NCBI RefSeq assembly: GCF_030028105.1
Contig: NC_092394.1
Coordinates: 28,502,752 to 28,566,751 of the forward strand
Source of the DNA: Mobula birostris
Lineage: Eukaryota
Direction of reading: 5' to 3'
Length of the DNA stretch: 64,000 nt
The notes beneath the pieces were generated by a model. That model had not been told where the DNA came from. It made no database searches and worked only from the letters and a program-made list of their open reading frames with translations. Shown piece by piece: positions 46,470 through 58,800 of the stretch. The position numbers and the translations under genes were made by a program. The stretch's first letter is position 1, and the number at the start of each line of letters is the position of its first letter.

Positions 46470-47929
46470 GAGGGTGGCAGGGTGGAAATACGTCTCTACC
46501 AAAGGAAGTGTAAGACACTCCTTCCCTCTGTTAGCTTGTAGGTCACCCTTGGGCAAGGTGTAGCATCTGCTTAATCCCCAGATCATGGTCACCTGAAGCC
46601 ATGGGAGCAGGTGGTGGATGGTCATATGAGCAGCTGGTGCACATCACAAGTCCTGGTTATGCGACCACTGATACCAGGCAGACAATCTCTGAAGAGTATT
46701 GATAATGGATCACCTGCACAGTACTCATACCTATGTCAGGACGCTGTTTATTGACTACAGCTCAGTGTTTAACACAGTTATTCCTACAGTTCTATTCGAC
46801 AAGCTCCAAAACTTGGGCCTCTGTACCCCCATCTACAACTGGATCCTCGACTTCCTAACCGGAATACCACAATCTTCATGGATCTCTGCCTCACTGGCGC
46901 ACATCAGAGATGTGTACTGCTCTACTCTCTCTATATCCATGACACACAGCTCAAATGCCGACTATATATTTGCTGATGACGCAGTTATCGTTGGTAGAAT
47001 CTCAGATGATGATTAGAGGGCGTACAAGAGTGAAGTAAGTCAGCTAGTTGAGTAGTGCTTTGCATTCAGCATCAGTAAGACCAAAGGAACAATTGTGGAC
47101 TTCAGAAAGGGTAAGTCGAAGGAGCACACTCCATTCCTCATAAAGGGATCAGAGATGGAAAGAGTGAGAAATTTCAAGTTCCTGGGTGTCAATATCTCTG
47201 AGGATCTGTCCTGGGCCCAAAATATGGACACAGTTACAAAGAAGGCAAGACAGTGCCTATACTTCAATTGGAACTGGAATTTAATCATCAAAGACACAAA
47301 GACACTCGCAAATTTCTACAGATGCACCGTGGAGAAAATTCTAACTGACTGCATGGTGGGAGGGAGAGGAGGGGGCTACTGCACAGGAACGAAATAAGCT
47401 GTAGAGAGTTGTAAGCCTTGTCAGCTCCATCATGGACACTACCCTCCGGAGCATCCAGGACATCTTCAAGGATGCCTCAAAAAACGTGGCATCTATCATT
47501 AAGAACCCCCATCATTCCCTGTTCTCATCTCCACCATCAGGAAGGAGGTACAGGAGCCAAAAGGCGCACACTCAATGATTCAGGGAACAGCTTCTTTCCC
47601 TCTGGCAACCATTTTCTGAATAGTCATTGAACCCATGAACACTACTTTTTTTAAAGTTTAAAATTTTTCCACTACTTAACTATTTCCTGTAATTTACTTT
47701 TTCCTGTATTATTATGCATTGTACTGCTGTTGCAAAGACAACAAATTTCATGACCTATGCCAGTGATATTAAACCTGATTCTGATCCTGATAATGGCTGT
47801 CTTGTAAAGACACTGCCCAGGAGAAGGCAATGGCAAACCACTTCTGTAGAAAAATTTGCCAAGAACAATCATGGTCATGAAAAGACCATGATTACCCTTG
47901 ATACGACACGACACGACACAAAATGAATG
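46470..47929 (+). mobile_element. RTE-derived non-autonomous element split by a Rex1 insertion
   Basis: Contains ggagaaggcaatggcaaaccacttc (Bov-A/RTE UTR-like motif) and an aatgaatga tail. TSD aacaccgta / aacactgta (46461-46469, 47930-47938). Confidence 0.75.
46709..47787 (+). mobile_element. Rex1/Babar RT 3' half
   Basis: YVRTLFIDYSSVFNT, NWILDFLT, FADD, FKFLGVNISEDLSW. (ctgatt) tail. 9-bp TSD tgataatgg (46700-46708, 47788-47796). Confidence 0.92.
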
Positions 47930-47989
47930 AACACTGTACAGAGTTTTTGAAAGTATCCTATATGATTGAAGGATAACCTCCCTACTATT

Positions 47990-48420
47990 CAACCTGCAGG
48001 CTTTCTGAATTTCTTGCATTACCTAGATACTAACTTTTTGTGAAATATGTACTAAGAAACCCAGATCCTTTTGCATGTCAGCTCTGCAATCTTTCACAAT
48101 TTAGACTATCTGCTCTTTTTTCTGTCCTGCCTGCCATTTACACATTTTCCCACATTACACTCCTTCTGTGAGATCTTTGCCCACTCACTTAAACTATTTA
48201 TATCCCTTTATAATTTCCTTGTATCCTCTTCATAGCTTATTTTTCAATCTACTTTGAGTCATCAGCAATTTTAGTGCTGTACCTTCAGTGCCTTCTCCTA
48301 GTTATTTATATAGATTGTAAAATGTTGCAGTCCAGCACCAGTCACTGTAATGCATAACTCATTACATCTTGCCAGCTGGAAGAAGATCCACTTATGTCCT
48401 CTCCTGATTTCCTGTTAGCC
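47990..48420 (-). mobile_element. Old CR1 RT remnant
   Basis: cacattttcccacattacactcc, tttgcccactcactt, gagtcatcagcaa (complement of FADD). Confidence 0.6.
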
Positions 48421-48575
48421 ATTCGTTCTTTTATCCATACCAACCTCCTGTATCGACAGCATATGTTAACTCTTCATTGGTTAAAATCGGCTTCTCTGTC
48501 AGAGAACTATGTTGACCAGTCATGATTACCTTGCAAATTCATGAGCGCCCAGCTGCAATACCTTTAATAATAACA

Positions 48576-48727
48576 GAAGATTCTTGATTGGTCAGGGCAT
48601 GAAGGAATACGGGGGCGGGGGTGAAGGCAGGAGATTGGGGCTGAGAGGAAGAAATATCAGCCATGATGGAGGAGCAGACTCAAAGGGCCAAATGGTCTAA
48701 TTCTGCTTCTATATCTTATGGTTCATA
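48576..48727 (+). mobile_element. CR1 3' tail
   Basis: agattcttgattggtcagggc...ggagcagactc..gggccaaatgg..tcttatggt. Confidence 0.8.
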
Positions 48728-49849
48728 ACAATTTTCTTTTGATAAATGTTAAGCAAGCTAGCCTGTAGATTCAGCTTTCTCTCTCAATCCCTTTTTGAAT
48801 AAAGGAGGTTCATTTGCTATTTTTGAATCTTTCTCAAATCTGGGGAGTTTGAAAATTTCAAATCAATATATCAACTCTCCTCCCAGCCTCTTGACTCAAG
48901 TCTACACAGGAATTCTACTTCTGAGCAGTTGTTCTGCTCCAGACATGTATCATACAGACAGAGACACTAAACAGGATATGAATAATCATGCCCCAAGAAA
49001 TCCAAGGCGCACATAGCTGAAGTAATTAATTCTTACGGCTAAGATATGTGACCAAAGAATTCTCTATGGCAGTCAGTGAAGTTAAACTGGTCGGAGTCCA
49101 TCCAATTTCTAGCAGGCATAAAAGCATAGGATAAAGATTCCTGCTCAAAATGGGCAATAGATCATGCCACTCCTCTATTGCAATAAAGCAGTGAATTTGT
49201 TTCCCGGAACACTTGAGGATTTAAGAAAAATGCCTAAAAATGAGATCATAGGGCACTACATTTTTAGCAATTCAATTACCTTGTAAAATAAATCGTGGAT
49301 TATTAGGGGCTTATAGCATGGTTCCTGATGCCCTTGATTATCATTCTGAGGCCCTTAATGCTTCTAGAGGGCATAGTATAGCTACATCCCAAGGCATGCA
49401 ACAAGTCTGGGTAATGCTTACATTCACATAGGAATGGTTTGGGATTGTCCATGGATATAGGATCTTGCTTGATATAAAGGGAGTTTCAGGTCAGCACTGG
49501 AACTCCACGTCCCCTTTATTGGATTAATAGCTCTCTACCACTACCTCTTGTCCACTGACCCCTACCCACATTCCAAGTTAAAGACCATTACCATATCAGA
49601 ATCACCCTTTCCATCCACTCGTCAGCCAGTCACCAGCCATCCTACTCATCAGTCACTTTCTAAACTAAACTAGACCCTACATCATCATTGCAGGCTCCCC
49701 CCAACCCATCACTAAATCACCCCTCCAACCCCAGCACTTGATCGGACAGGCCTAGGCCATCACTCTGTTGCATCCTTGTGAGATGTTGCATCCTGTATTC
49801 CCTGAACAGTACCAAGGAACAAAGGGACATTGTTCTACAAAACTAAAGG

Positions 49850-50505
49850 TTCCTGGTGGTGGTAGCACAGAAAGACAGGGTGGTGAAAAAGCAAAAGGGA
49901 TGTCCATCTCTGGTAACCAAGTCATGGAATATAAATGCAGGGCAGACTTGGTGAAATGTAATAAAACGTTAGTCAGGCCACAGATGGAGTATTCTGGTCA
50001 GCATGGGAAAGGAAAGAAGTGATCACACTGGAGAGGGTGAAGGTGAGGTTCATGAGCGTGTTGCTAGGATGGAATTTTTCGGAATGAGGAGATATTCAAT
50101 AGGTTGGACTTGTTTCTCTTGGATCAGAGGAGGGAGAAGGGGAACGTTTTAGGGGTATACAAAATTATGAGAGGCTGAGCTAGGGTAAGGTCAGAAGAAA
50201 TTTTTCACCATGCCAGTGGTACCTAAGACCGGGGTGTTTGAGGTGAGGACTGAAAAATGTTGAGAGGATCAGAGAAAGTTTTTAAAAAAATACTTGGCCA
50301 GAGAATGGTTGCAATTTGGAATACACTGCCTGAGAAGGTGGTGGAAGGAGGCGCCACATTTAAGTAGCACCTGACAGATACTTGAATCAACAAGGCATAG
50401 TGGGCTATGGAACAAGTAGTAGTAAATGGGATTAGTATCGATAGCAACCAGGTTGCCAGCATAGACATGGTAGGCCCAAAGGGCCTACTTCTGTGCTCTA
50501 TCACT
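49850..50505 (+). mobile_element. Old CR1 3' fragment
   Basis: KTLVRPQMEY, ctggagagggtg, tggaatacactgcctg, gggcctacttctgtgct. Confidence 0.7.
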
Positions 50506-50739
50506 CTTGACTCACAAAGGAAGGCCTTGGGCGATATCTCTAAGTGGGCAGGCCACACCTGAACCAGAAATATTTCAATACATTATTTTTTCCATCACTG
50601 AAATACTAATATAATAATTTATTCTGCGTTTCTATCAAATTTGCTTGAAATGTACAGATAGAATGAAGACCAATTTATATTTTTAACAAAGCCAATTTTT
50701 CAAATTCCGTCTAACAGAACAGCAAGGTGGCAATGTTCA

Positions 50740-51245
50740 CAGTTCAAAGTACATTTATTATCAAAGTATGTATACATTATATAACCTTGAGATTCGTCTC
50801 TTCACAGGCAGCTCGAAAACAAAGACACCCAAAAGAATCCATAAAAGAGAAGACCATCAAACACCCAATGTGCAGAGAGAGAGAAAAAACAGATTGAGCA
50901 AACAGTGGAAGTAAGCAAATAGCATTCAGAACAAAAGTGAGTCTATAGACATGAAACTCAGAACAGTCAGAGCAGGTCATAGCCTCAGCCTTAGTCTCAG
51001 TTGAGCACAGAGCTAAATTAGCATCACTGAGCAGCGAGCAGAAACGACCCAACCCTCGTCTCTTGTTCCAACACGCTGCCTTCTCAATCCATCTGGCCCG
51101 GCGTCCAAATCATCCAAGCATCAGATCGTTCCTCACACTAGGACCTGGGCCCTGTAGTATTGATATACTCTGGGCCTGGGCCCCGCTGCCACCTCTCAGC
51201 CCGTACCCGACCTTTCCAATTCAGCCTGGGGCTTAGATCGATCAA
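50740..51245 (-). mobile_element. Short retroposon with Rex1-type tail
   Basis: Begins gttcaaagtacatttattatcaaagt...accttgagattc, the complement of the Rex1-type tail seen elsewhere in the window. Confidence 0.7.
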
Positions 51246-52566
51246 AGGTAGGTTGGAACACTAAATTGTGTGAGGTGAAATTGTGAGTCCCCAGTCTGCT
51301 AATTCTGTCTTGCAGAGTTGGAACAGAAACAGAATGATAATCACCTCTCCTGGATGATTTAAGAGAGGCGTTTGCAATGGTCAGGATGATGAAGAATGGA
51401 GGGATGATGAGCCCTTAAGCAGTTAATCCCAGTTATGAGTAAATGGAAAAGCATCTTTGCAGTAAAGACAGGAACTCATCAGTGTAAAAATTGAAGTGAA
51501 TATATTTAAATAATAAACTCAAATGAAATTAGTTTTAGTCAGCCACAGGAACAGGAGGATCTGTGACATCATACCATTGTACTAATGTCCCAGTTAACCT
51601 TGGCAAAGCAGCAGATGGGAATAAAAAACATGATAAGAAAGAATGCTTTAACTAAAGAACTTCCACTTTCTTGACACCCTGTTCATCATTTATCGTCTGT
51701 AATGTGAAGAACTGCCTATTCAACAGAGTAAGGAAATCAGCTTTCTAATTTAAAATAATTCCTTGCGGAGTTAAGTGTGAGGCAACAGATTTAGCCAAAA
51801 CAGGTGGAGCCTATTTTATAATTACTTTTATGATAAGAAGTAACTCCATTTCAAGTGAGTATTTTATTATAGGCTGGTTATTTGATGTTTGTTATACTGC
51901 ACATCAATAAGACTCAAAATTCATCTTTCAAAGAAAATCATTTGCATTCTTCAGATTAGAGTCATGGTTAAAATGATAATCCATTTAAAATGAATTACTG
52001 TAAAATAATTCTTGAGCATGACAAATGAAATTGCTTTCAATTCTTACAAAGCAGATGAGTCTGAATGTTGTTTTCCATTTTATCACCTTGCTAACCATGA
52101 TAAGCTGCCTGATTCCAGCAGGCACTTTTTAAAGGTTCCAGCAGATTCTCAGGATCTCAATGATGTGGCTGTTCTTCACATACAATACCAGACAGTAGCT
52201 AGTCTTCTCCTGGCCCTGCTGGTGCTCTTCTTGTAGCTCTTCAGCTTGCAATACACAGCTGACATCACTGCTGAGCGTGTTCCATGGGAAGTGACAAGAA
52301 AGCAGGTGCTGAATCTAACCTCACCCTATGCACTTCCCCGATGGCTTTTTGGCAGCTCAGGCTGTGTAAGACTTCTACCTTCCTTCCTCTCTATCCAAAC
52401 AACCCTGATGATCACAGACATTGAGAAACATTTCAAAAAAGCTTAATTGATCCAAAAATATAAGTCCGCAAATACGAGGAAATCTGCAGATGCTGCAATT
52501 TCAAGCAACACACATAGAAGTTGCTGGTGAACACAACAGGCCAGGCAGCATCTCTAGGAAGAGGTA

Positions 52567-52604
52567 CAGTCGACGTTTCGGGCCAAGACCCTTCGTCAGG
52601 ACTG
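52567..52604 (-). ncRNA. Minimal type I hammerhead ribozyme, intact
   Basis: CAGUC-CUGACGA-A-GGGUCUUGGCCC-GAAAC-GUC^GACUG. Perfect 5-bp helix I, full catalytic core, palindromic ACGU helix III. Confidence 0.85.
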
Positions 52605-52910
52605 ACTGAAAGAAGAGCTAGTAAGAGATTTGAAAGTGGGAGGGGGAGGGGGAGATCCAAAATGATAGGAGAAGACAGGAGGGGGAGGGATGGAGCCAAG
52701 AGCTGGACAGTTGATTGGCAAAAGGGATAAGAGAGGATCATGGGACAGCAGGCCTAGGGAGAAAGAAAAGGGGCGGGGGGGGGAAGCCCAGAGGATGGGC
52801 AAGGAGTATAGTGAGAGGGACAGAGGGAGAAAAAAGGAGAGAGAGAAAAAGAATACACACACACACTATATATATATAAAATATATATGATACGAGGGGG
52901 AGGTGGGGCA

Positions 52911-53211
52911 TTAATGGAAGTTAGAGAAGTCACTGTTCATGCCATCAGGTTGGAGGCTACCCAGATGGAATATAAGGTGTTGTTCCTCCAACCTGAGTGT
53001 GGCTTCATCTTTACAGTAGAGGAGGCCGTGGATAGACATGTCAGAATGGGAATGGGACATGGAATTAAAATGTGTGGCAATTGGGAGATCCTGCTTTCTC
53101 TGGCGGACAGAGCATAGGTGTTCAGCGAAACAGTCTCCCAGTCTGCGTCCGGTCTCGCCAATATATAGAAGGCTACATCGAGAGCACCAGACGCAGTATA
53201 TCACCCCAGCC
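52911..53211 (-). pseudogene. GIY-YIG endonuclease domain of Penelope-like element (5'-truncated)
   Basis: Open frame with VIY-YIG motifs and the conserved R, H, E and N positions. No RT domain upstream. Confidence 0.88.
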
Positions 53212-53222
53212 AAAATATAAGT

Positions 53223-53555
53223 TATTTATTTACTGCCCATTATGCTGCTGGCATTTAGGGCAGTGATGAAGATCCTCCATCGTTGTCTGTCCATACCGCC
53301 ACACACAGACGTAGAAGGGTTCTTCATTGCTGTTTCTGTAACCCACTCTAGGTTGTTCACCCTGAGCTGAACCTCCAAACCTGGAGGACTGGTGGACCAT
53401 TCTTAGCCTGGCCTTTACCCTTTGATTTGTTTGGCATGGGTGACCCTACAAAGAGCCAAAGTATAAAGCCCTGACTCCAGCCAGCATAGCTCTCCAGGTC
53501 ATTGAGGCATGCAAGCCTCCAAACCCCATGACAAGGCTGTGGTTCTCTTGGAGGA
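53223..53555 (-). mobile_element. Bipartite RTE-derived SINE-like element (5'UTR fused to 3' end)
   Basis: Minus strand has acagccttgtc...gagagctatgctggc...gtagggtcacccatgcc (RTE 5'UTR type) joined to DRQRWRIFITALNA and a (taaa)n tail. Confidence 0.7.
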
Positions 53556-54231
53556 AAAATACAAGCATTATAATAAAAATCTAAAGTTTTTTCAAAAACC
53601 ATAAATCAATTTGGGAAATATGTTAAATTGGCATAAATTAGCTTCACATCTTATTAATTAAGTTTTGTGACTACATTCAAGTGATTGTGGTGTGTTAGAT
53701 GCATCAGTTATAGTTAGTGTAAATCTGAAGGGTCAGATACCAAGTATATTCTTGGCACAGAAAGCAACAGAATGCCTTGGCCCCATTGGTAATCCCAGAT
53801 GAAAGTTAGGCACTCAGATTAGGGGTGAACTTGATTTCCAGCACCTTCTATAATTCTACATTGCAGGGCACGTGAATGAAAAAGTCCAGAACATTACAGC
53901 TGACCAGTGTTTTCTATGGAACCGCTTGTTATTGAATGACATGGTGTACTTAATCATGGGAATTAAGTTTTGAATTTCAACAGAGTTCACCCAACTCTTT
54001 GCTCAGTGAGAAATTGACAGGCAGATAAAGAATTAGAATAAACAAACCTTTATACTCTATTTCTAGCAGGTGGTCCCTCAATTTCCAATTTCTTAAATTT
54101 AAGCTTGGGACTAATTGAGGTTAATTTTCCATATTGAGATGAGGGTGCAAAGGGATTCATTTTGTGTTCTAAATCTCATGTAGGAGTCATGCATCAGTTT
54201 CCTATCTACATTATATTCTGTTTTGCACAAT

Positions 54232-54528
54232 TATTACGTCGATTATGGTAACTAGTTCACATGAGTGGGAATGTGGTAAAAGCAAAGGGAATAGGTCACG
54301 CATACGTACTTTGTGTGGTAAATGCAGAGGGAATAAGTCACACATGCGTGCTTGGCGTTGTAAATGCAGAGGGAATAAGTTACACATGCATGCTTAGCTC
54401 CTCGCAGTGTGTAGTAGCTGGGGACCGGTGGATGTCTTATCTTTTGCTGACCACTCAATAAAGCTCAATTGTGCTTAGCTTACACCTAGGTATGCTTAAG
54501 TTTCATCGCTTCAAGACTGTATTTTACT
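54232..54528 (+). mobile_element. Probable solo LTR with three 42-bp tandem units
   Basis: Units start at 54276, 54318 and 54360. aataaa at ~54457. Termini degenerate. Confidence 0.55.
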
Positions 54529-55044
54529 AATTGCAAATAAAGGGTCAAATATATATCCTTGACTTCTGGAGCAACCATTATTGGAGTGAGGATGCGTCAT
54601 GCAAGTATAACAAATCTGCAGGGTTGCTGGCAGCGGTAATAGTTTCGGTTTTGGTTTGGTTTGGCTCATACCAATACTAAATGCATGCATGCATGGAACA
54701 AACAGAGAAAAGGAGTTGCTACTTAAGATGTCTGAAATCTGGAATAAAATTAAAAAAAAATTCTGGTAACACTCAGCTGATTGAGATGTATAATGGAGGG
54801 TAAAAGGGGGTTATTGGTGAAGAAAGCAGACATTATGCTGTGGAACATTAGAATGGCAGATATGACAGATGAGTGACATTCGAACAGGCACAAAACAAGG
54901 TGAAGCAGGGGTGCACAATCATACACACGGGGCTGAGTAATGGATAAGCTGAAGTACAATGGAGAACAGGCTGAAGTGATATTGGATCCAGATAGTATAG
55001 GATAGTGTCAGATGGTCTATTTACAACATAGGACACAGCATTAT

Positions 55045-55488
55045 CCTAAGAACACTCAAAAAGTTAGAGAAACTCAGCAGCCTAGACAACATCTTTCGGG
55101 GGAAATGGACAGTCTAAGCTTCAGGCCAAGATGCTTCATCTGGACTGAAAGGTAGCCAGTATAAAACTCTGGAGGGAAGGAGGAGGCAGCAATTAGTCGA
55201 TGGATCCGGGTGAGAAGGGGCAAAAGGCAGATGAAGGAGGGGAGAATAGGAATAATACCAGAAGCTGGGAGGAGACAGGTGGAAGTGATAAAGGGCTAAA
55301 GGTGATGAAATCTGTTAGGTGGTGACGATGGAGCACAGAATCATGGTAAGGGGTAGGTGGGGTGAATGGGGATAGAGGAGGGGAACTACTGGGATGAGGG
55401 GCAGATGAAGAGGGTGGAGGAGGGGAAAGACTGATGGAGGCTGGATAGATCAGGAGGTGAGAGTAAAGGTACAGAGGGGGAGCAGTTT
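55045..55488 (-). mobile_element. Old Penelope pLTR remnant
   Basis: aactcagcag..caacatct, degraded hammerhead complement (cttcatctggactg), purine-rich tract. Confidence 0.65.
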
Positions 55489-56580
55489 ACATAGAACATA
55501 GAACATAGAATAGTACAGCACAGTACAGGCCCTTCAGCCCACAATGTTGTGCCGACTCTCAAACCCTGCCTCCCATATAAGCCCCCACCTTAAATTCCTC
55601 CATAAAACTGTCTAGTAGTCTCTTAAACTTCACTAGTGTATCTGCCTGCACCACTGACTCAGGCAGTGCAGTCCACCACCAACCACTCTCTGAGTAAAAA
55701 CCTTGCTCTAATATCCCCCTTGAACTTCCCACCCCATGTCCTCTTGTATTGAGCAGTGGTGCCCTGGGGAAGAGGGCTGGCTATCCACTCTATCTATTCC
55801 CCTTATTATCTTGTACACCTCTATCATGTCTCCTCTCATCCTCCTTCTCTCCAAAGAGTAAAGCCCTAGCTCCCTTAATCTCTGATCATAATGCATACTC
55901 TCTAAACCAGACAGCTTCCTGGTAAGTCTCCTCTGTACCCTTTCCAATGCTTCCACATCCTTCCTATAGTGAGGTGACCAGAAGTGGACACGGTACTCCA
56001 AGTGTGGCCTAACCAGAGTTTTATAGAGCTGCATCATTACATCACGACTCTTAAACTCTATCCCTCGACTTATGAAAGCTAACACCCCATAAGCTTTCTT
56101 AACTACCCTATCCACCTGTGAGGCAACTTTCAGGGATCTGTGGACATGTACCCCCAGATCCCTCTGCTCTGCCACACTACCAAGTATCCTGCCACTTACT
56201 TTGTAGCCTGCCTTAGAGTTTGTCCTTCCAAAGTGTACCACCTCACACTTCTCTGGGTTGAACTCCATCTGCCACTTCTCAGCCCACTTCTGCATCCTAT
56301 CAATGTCTCTGCAATCTTTGACAATCCTCTAGACTATCTACAACACCATCAACCTTTGTGTTGTCTGCAAACTTGCCAACCCACCCTTCTACCCCCACAT
56401 CTAGGTCGTTAATAAAAATCACAAAAAGTAGAGGTCTCAGAACAGATCCTTGTGGGACACCACTAGTCACAACCGTCCAATCTGAATGTACTCCCTCCAC
56501 CACGACCCTCTGCCTTCTGCAGGCAAGCCAATTCTGAATCCACCTGGCCAAACTTCCCTGGATCTCATGCCTTCTGACCT
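55489..56580 (-). mobile_element. Young CR1 RT 3' region
   Basis: RWIQNWL, VTSGVPQGSVL, KFADN, WQMEFNPEKC, LVRPHLEY. Same subfamily as 44892-45533. Confidence 0.96.
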
Positions 56581-56639
56581 TCTTACCAGAAGATATTTCC
56601 TTTCTGTTCCTTCCAAAGTTATCGCGGTTTACTGTAACT

Positions 56640-56778
56640 AACAAGAAAAAATCTGCAGATGCTGGAAATCCAAGAAACACACACAAAACATTGGAGGAAC
56701 GAAGGGTTCCAGCCCGAAATGTCATCTGTATTCTTTTCCTGTCTGCTGAGTTCCTCTAGCATTTTGTGTGTGTTGCAG
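56640..56778. mobile_element. Fold-back Penelope pLTR remnant
   Basis: acacacacaaaacattggaggaac ... gttcctctagcattttgtgtgtgt inverted arms around a partial hammerhead (gaagggttccagcccgaaatgtc). Confidence 0.75.
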
Positions 56779-56799
56779 TTTAATAGGTTTTTTCGCAAA

Positions 56800-58140
56800 G
56801 TTGGTGTCCTTGGAATAAGTGAAGCAAGGGTAGCATGTATTCAAAATTAGGTAAGTGACAGCAAACTGAGTAACAGTGTATGAACATCTCTCAGATTAGA
56901 TGAATTTCTATAATGCTGTTCCCTGTTCTGGGACAGCCTCTTTTCTTCATATAAGTATATTTATAATTAAGATCTCAGTGTATAAAACTTGCTCATCACA
57001 TCAAAATTGGAAAATCGTAAGAGTAAGTAGACAGTGGTGGACTTCAAGGGTACAAAGACCAGTGTGCAATGGGTTGCGACATTGCAAGTTAAATTCAGCA
57101 AGTAGGCATGAGAAAAATGATACATGTTTGTTGGAAGAATGATGAGGTATAACATCAGACAGTTCAATTTTAAAGAGAGTTCAATAACAGTGACAATTAA
57201 TTGCATATTCACATAAGATTTTGAAAGTGGCAGGGCAACTGGAGAAGTTAGTTTAAAAAACGGGGTATCCTGGACTTCATAATTTGAGGCACAGAGCATA
57301 AAACAGTGAAGTTACAATGAACCTTCACTGGTTGAGGGCATATTGAGTTACTATTTACTATTCGCGGAATCAGAATCACAGGCAGGTTTAATATCACTGG
57401 CATATGTCATGATATCTGTTGTTTTATGACAGCTGTACAGTGCAATAAATAAAAATGCTATAAATTACAATGAGAAATATATATACAGTATATATATATT
57501 TTTTAAAATTAAATAAGTAGTGCAAAAGAAGGAAATAAATATTGATGGCAGAGGGAAGAAGGCGTCCTTAAAACATTGAGTGTGTGCCTTCAGGCTCCTG
57601 TACCTCCTCTCTGATGGTAGTAATAAGAAAAGAGCAGGTACTGGATGATAGGGGTCCTTAATGATGGATGCCGTCTTTTTTGAAGCGTTGCCTTTGGACG
57701 ATGTCCTCGATGCTGGAGATTCTGGCCTTTGCACTTCAGGAAGAGTGTGAAAATCTCTGAGCCAGACGCAGAGAAGAATTACTGGAATGGTTCCAGGAAT
57801 AATTTACGTTTATCCCTGATTGCTTTAGAGTAGAAAGCTGAGAGGAGATTTGATTGAGGCGTTAAAATATTGATGGGTCTTGACTGAGAAAATACTTCCG
57901 GTGCTCAAAGAGAACCAGAGGCACACATACTTAAGTTAATTGTTAAAGAGCAAAGAGCAAATAAAGGTGAAACATTATGCCTGATTGGTCGATGAAAGCT
58001 GGTTCAACTGTAGCTTTCAAAAGGACATTGGAGTAGTATCTGAAAGAGAACGCAAAATGCAGGTCTCTGTGAAGAAAGAGTTAGCATGGACTGAAAGGGC
58101 AGAATGGTCTTCTAAACTGTTACCATTCTAAGATTCCATG
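56800..58140 (+). mobile_element. Very old CR1 split by a minus-strand Rex1 3' end (~57368-57720)
   Basis: CR1 remnants on both sides. Insert reads KKTASIIKDPYHP..LLPSERRYRSL with a gaatcagaatca tail. Confidence 0.65.
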
Positions 58141-58684
58141 AGGAACTTGATCATCAAGCTCGAGTCTTGACTGATGCGCCATATTCAATTTTGAACTGAA
58201 CAAAGGGTTCACAGAGATGAAAACAACGCTTAACTGAGATCTGCAATGTAAAGTGCAATGAACACTGAATAATGCATTGTTATTTGTGATTTATGTGTCA
58301 TGGGCAACAGATTGGGGGTAGTTACATGACTCACATTTATGAAATTCTTTGGCTGATACTCATAGGTGCAATCTGAATCATTTTGAAAAGTTCATCACTA
58401 AATTACCATTTTATACAGTAAGTATGAAAAGAATGACTCATCATTTGGAATATTTATTACAGAGAGGTCTCACTGTGCGATACTTTGATGGCAATCTTTG
58501 CTCACTTCCTGAAGCTACTGATTTCTTACTGAAATGTCATTCCATATTGATTGATTGGTTTGTGGTATTAAGCACAAAAGGCATTAGGCACATGGGGTTG
58601 TTGCAATGCTGCTGTTCTACAAAAGCGGACAGTTTTTCTTCCTGCATCCTGATGCAGAGAAGTTCCAGTCACAATTCATAAACA

Positions 58685-58800
58685 CAATGCTGGAAATCCA
58701 GAGTAACACACACAAAATGTTGGAGGAACTCAGCAGGTCAGATAGCATCTATGAAATTAAAAAAGAACAGTCAATGTTTCAGGCCCAGACCCTTCGGCAT
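58685..58800 (-). mobile_element. Penelope pLTR fragment
   Basis: atgctggaaatccagagtaacacacacaaaatgttggaggaactcagcagg...gtttcaggcccagacccttc. Confidence 0.75.

Larger units (their letters stand above)
52466..53211 (-). mobile_element. Penelope-like element 3' part (GIY-YIG endonuclease plus pLTR)
   Basis: GVIYCVWCSRCSLLYIGETGRRLGDCFAEH...HFN...RLEEQHLIFHLGSLQPDGMN. 11-bp TSD aaaatataagt (52455-52465, 53212-53222). Confidence 0.93.

Noticed and set aside
49358-49375. Second CTCF-like motif (cttctagagggca)
   Set aside because: Mismatches in the CCAC part of the core make it too weak.
54272-54396. CRISPR-like repeat array
   Set aside because: The units are contiguous with no unique spacers, the context is eukaryotic, and there are no cas genes.
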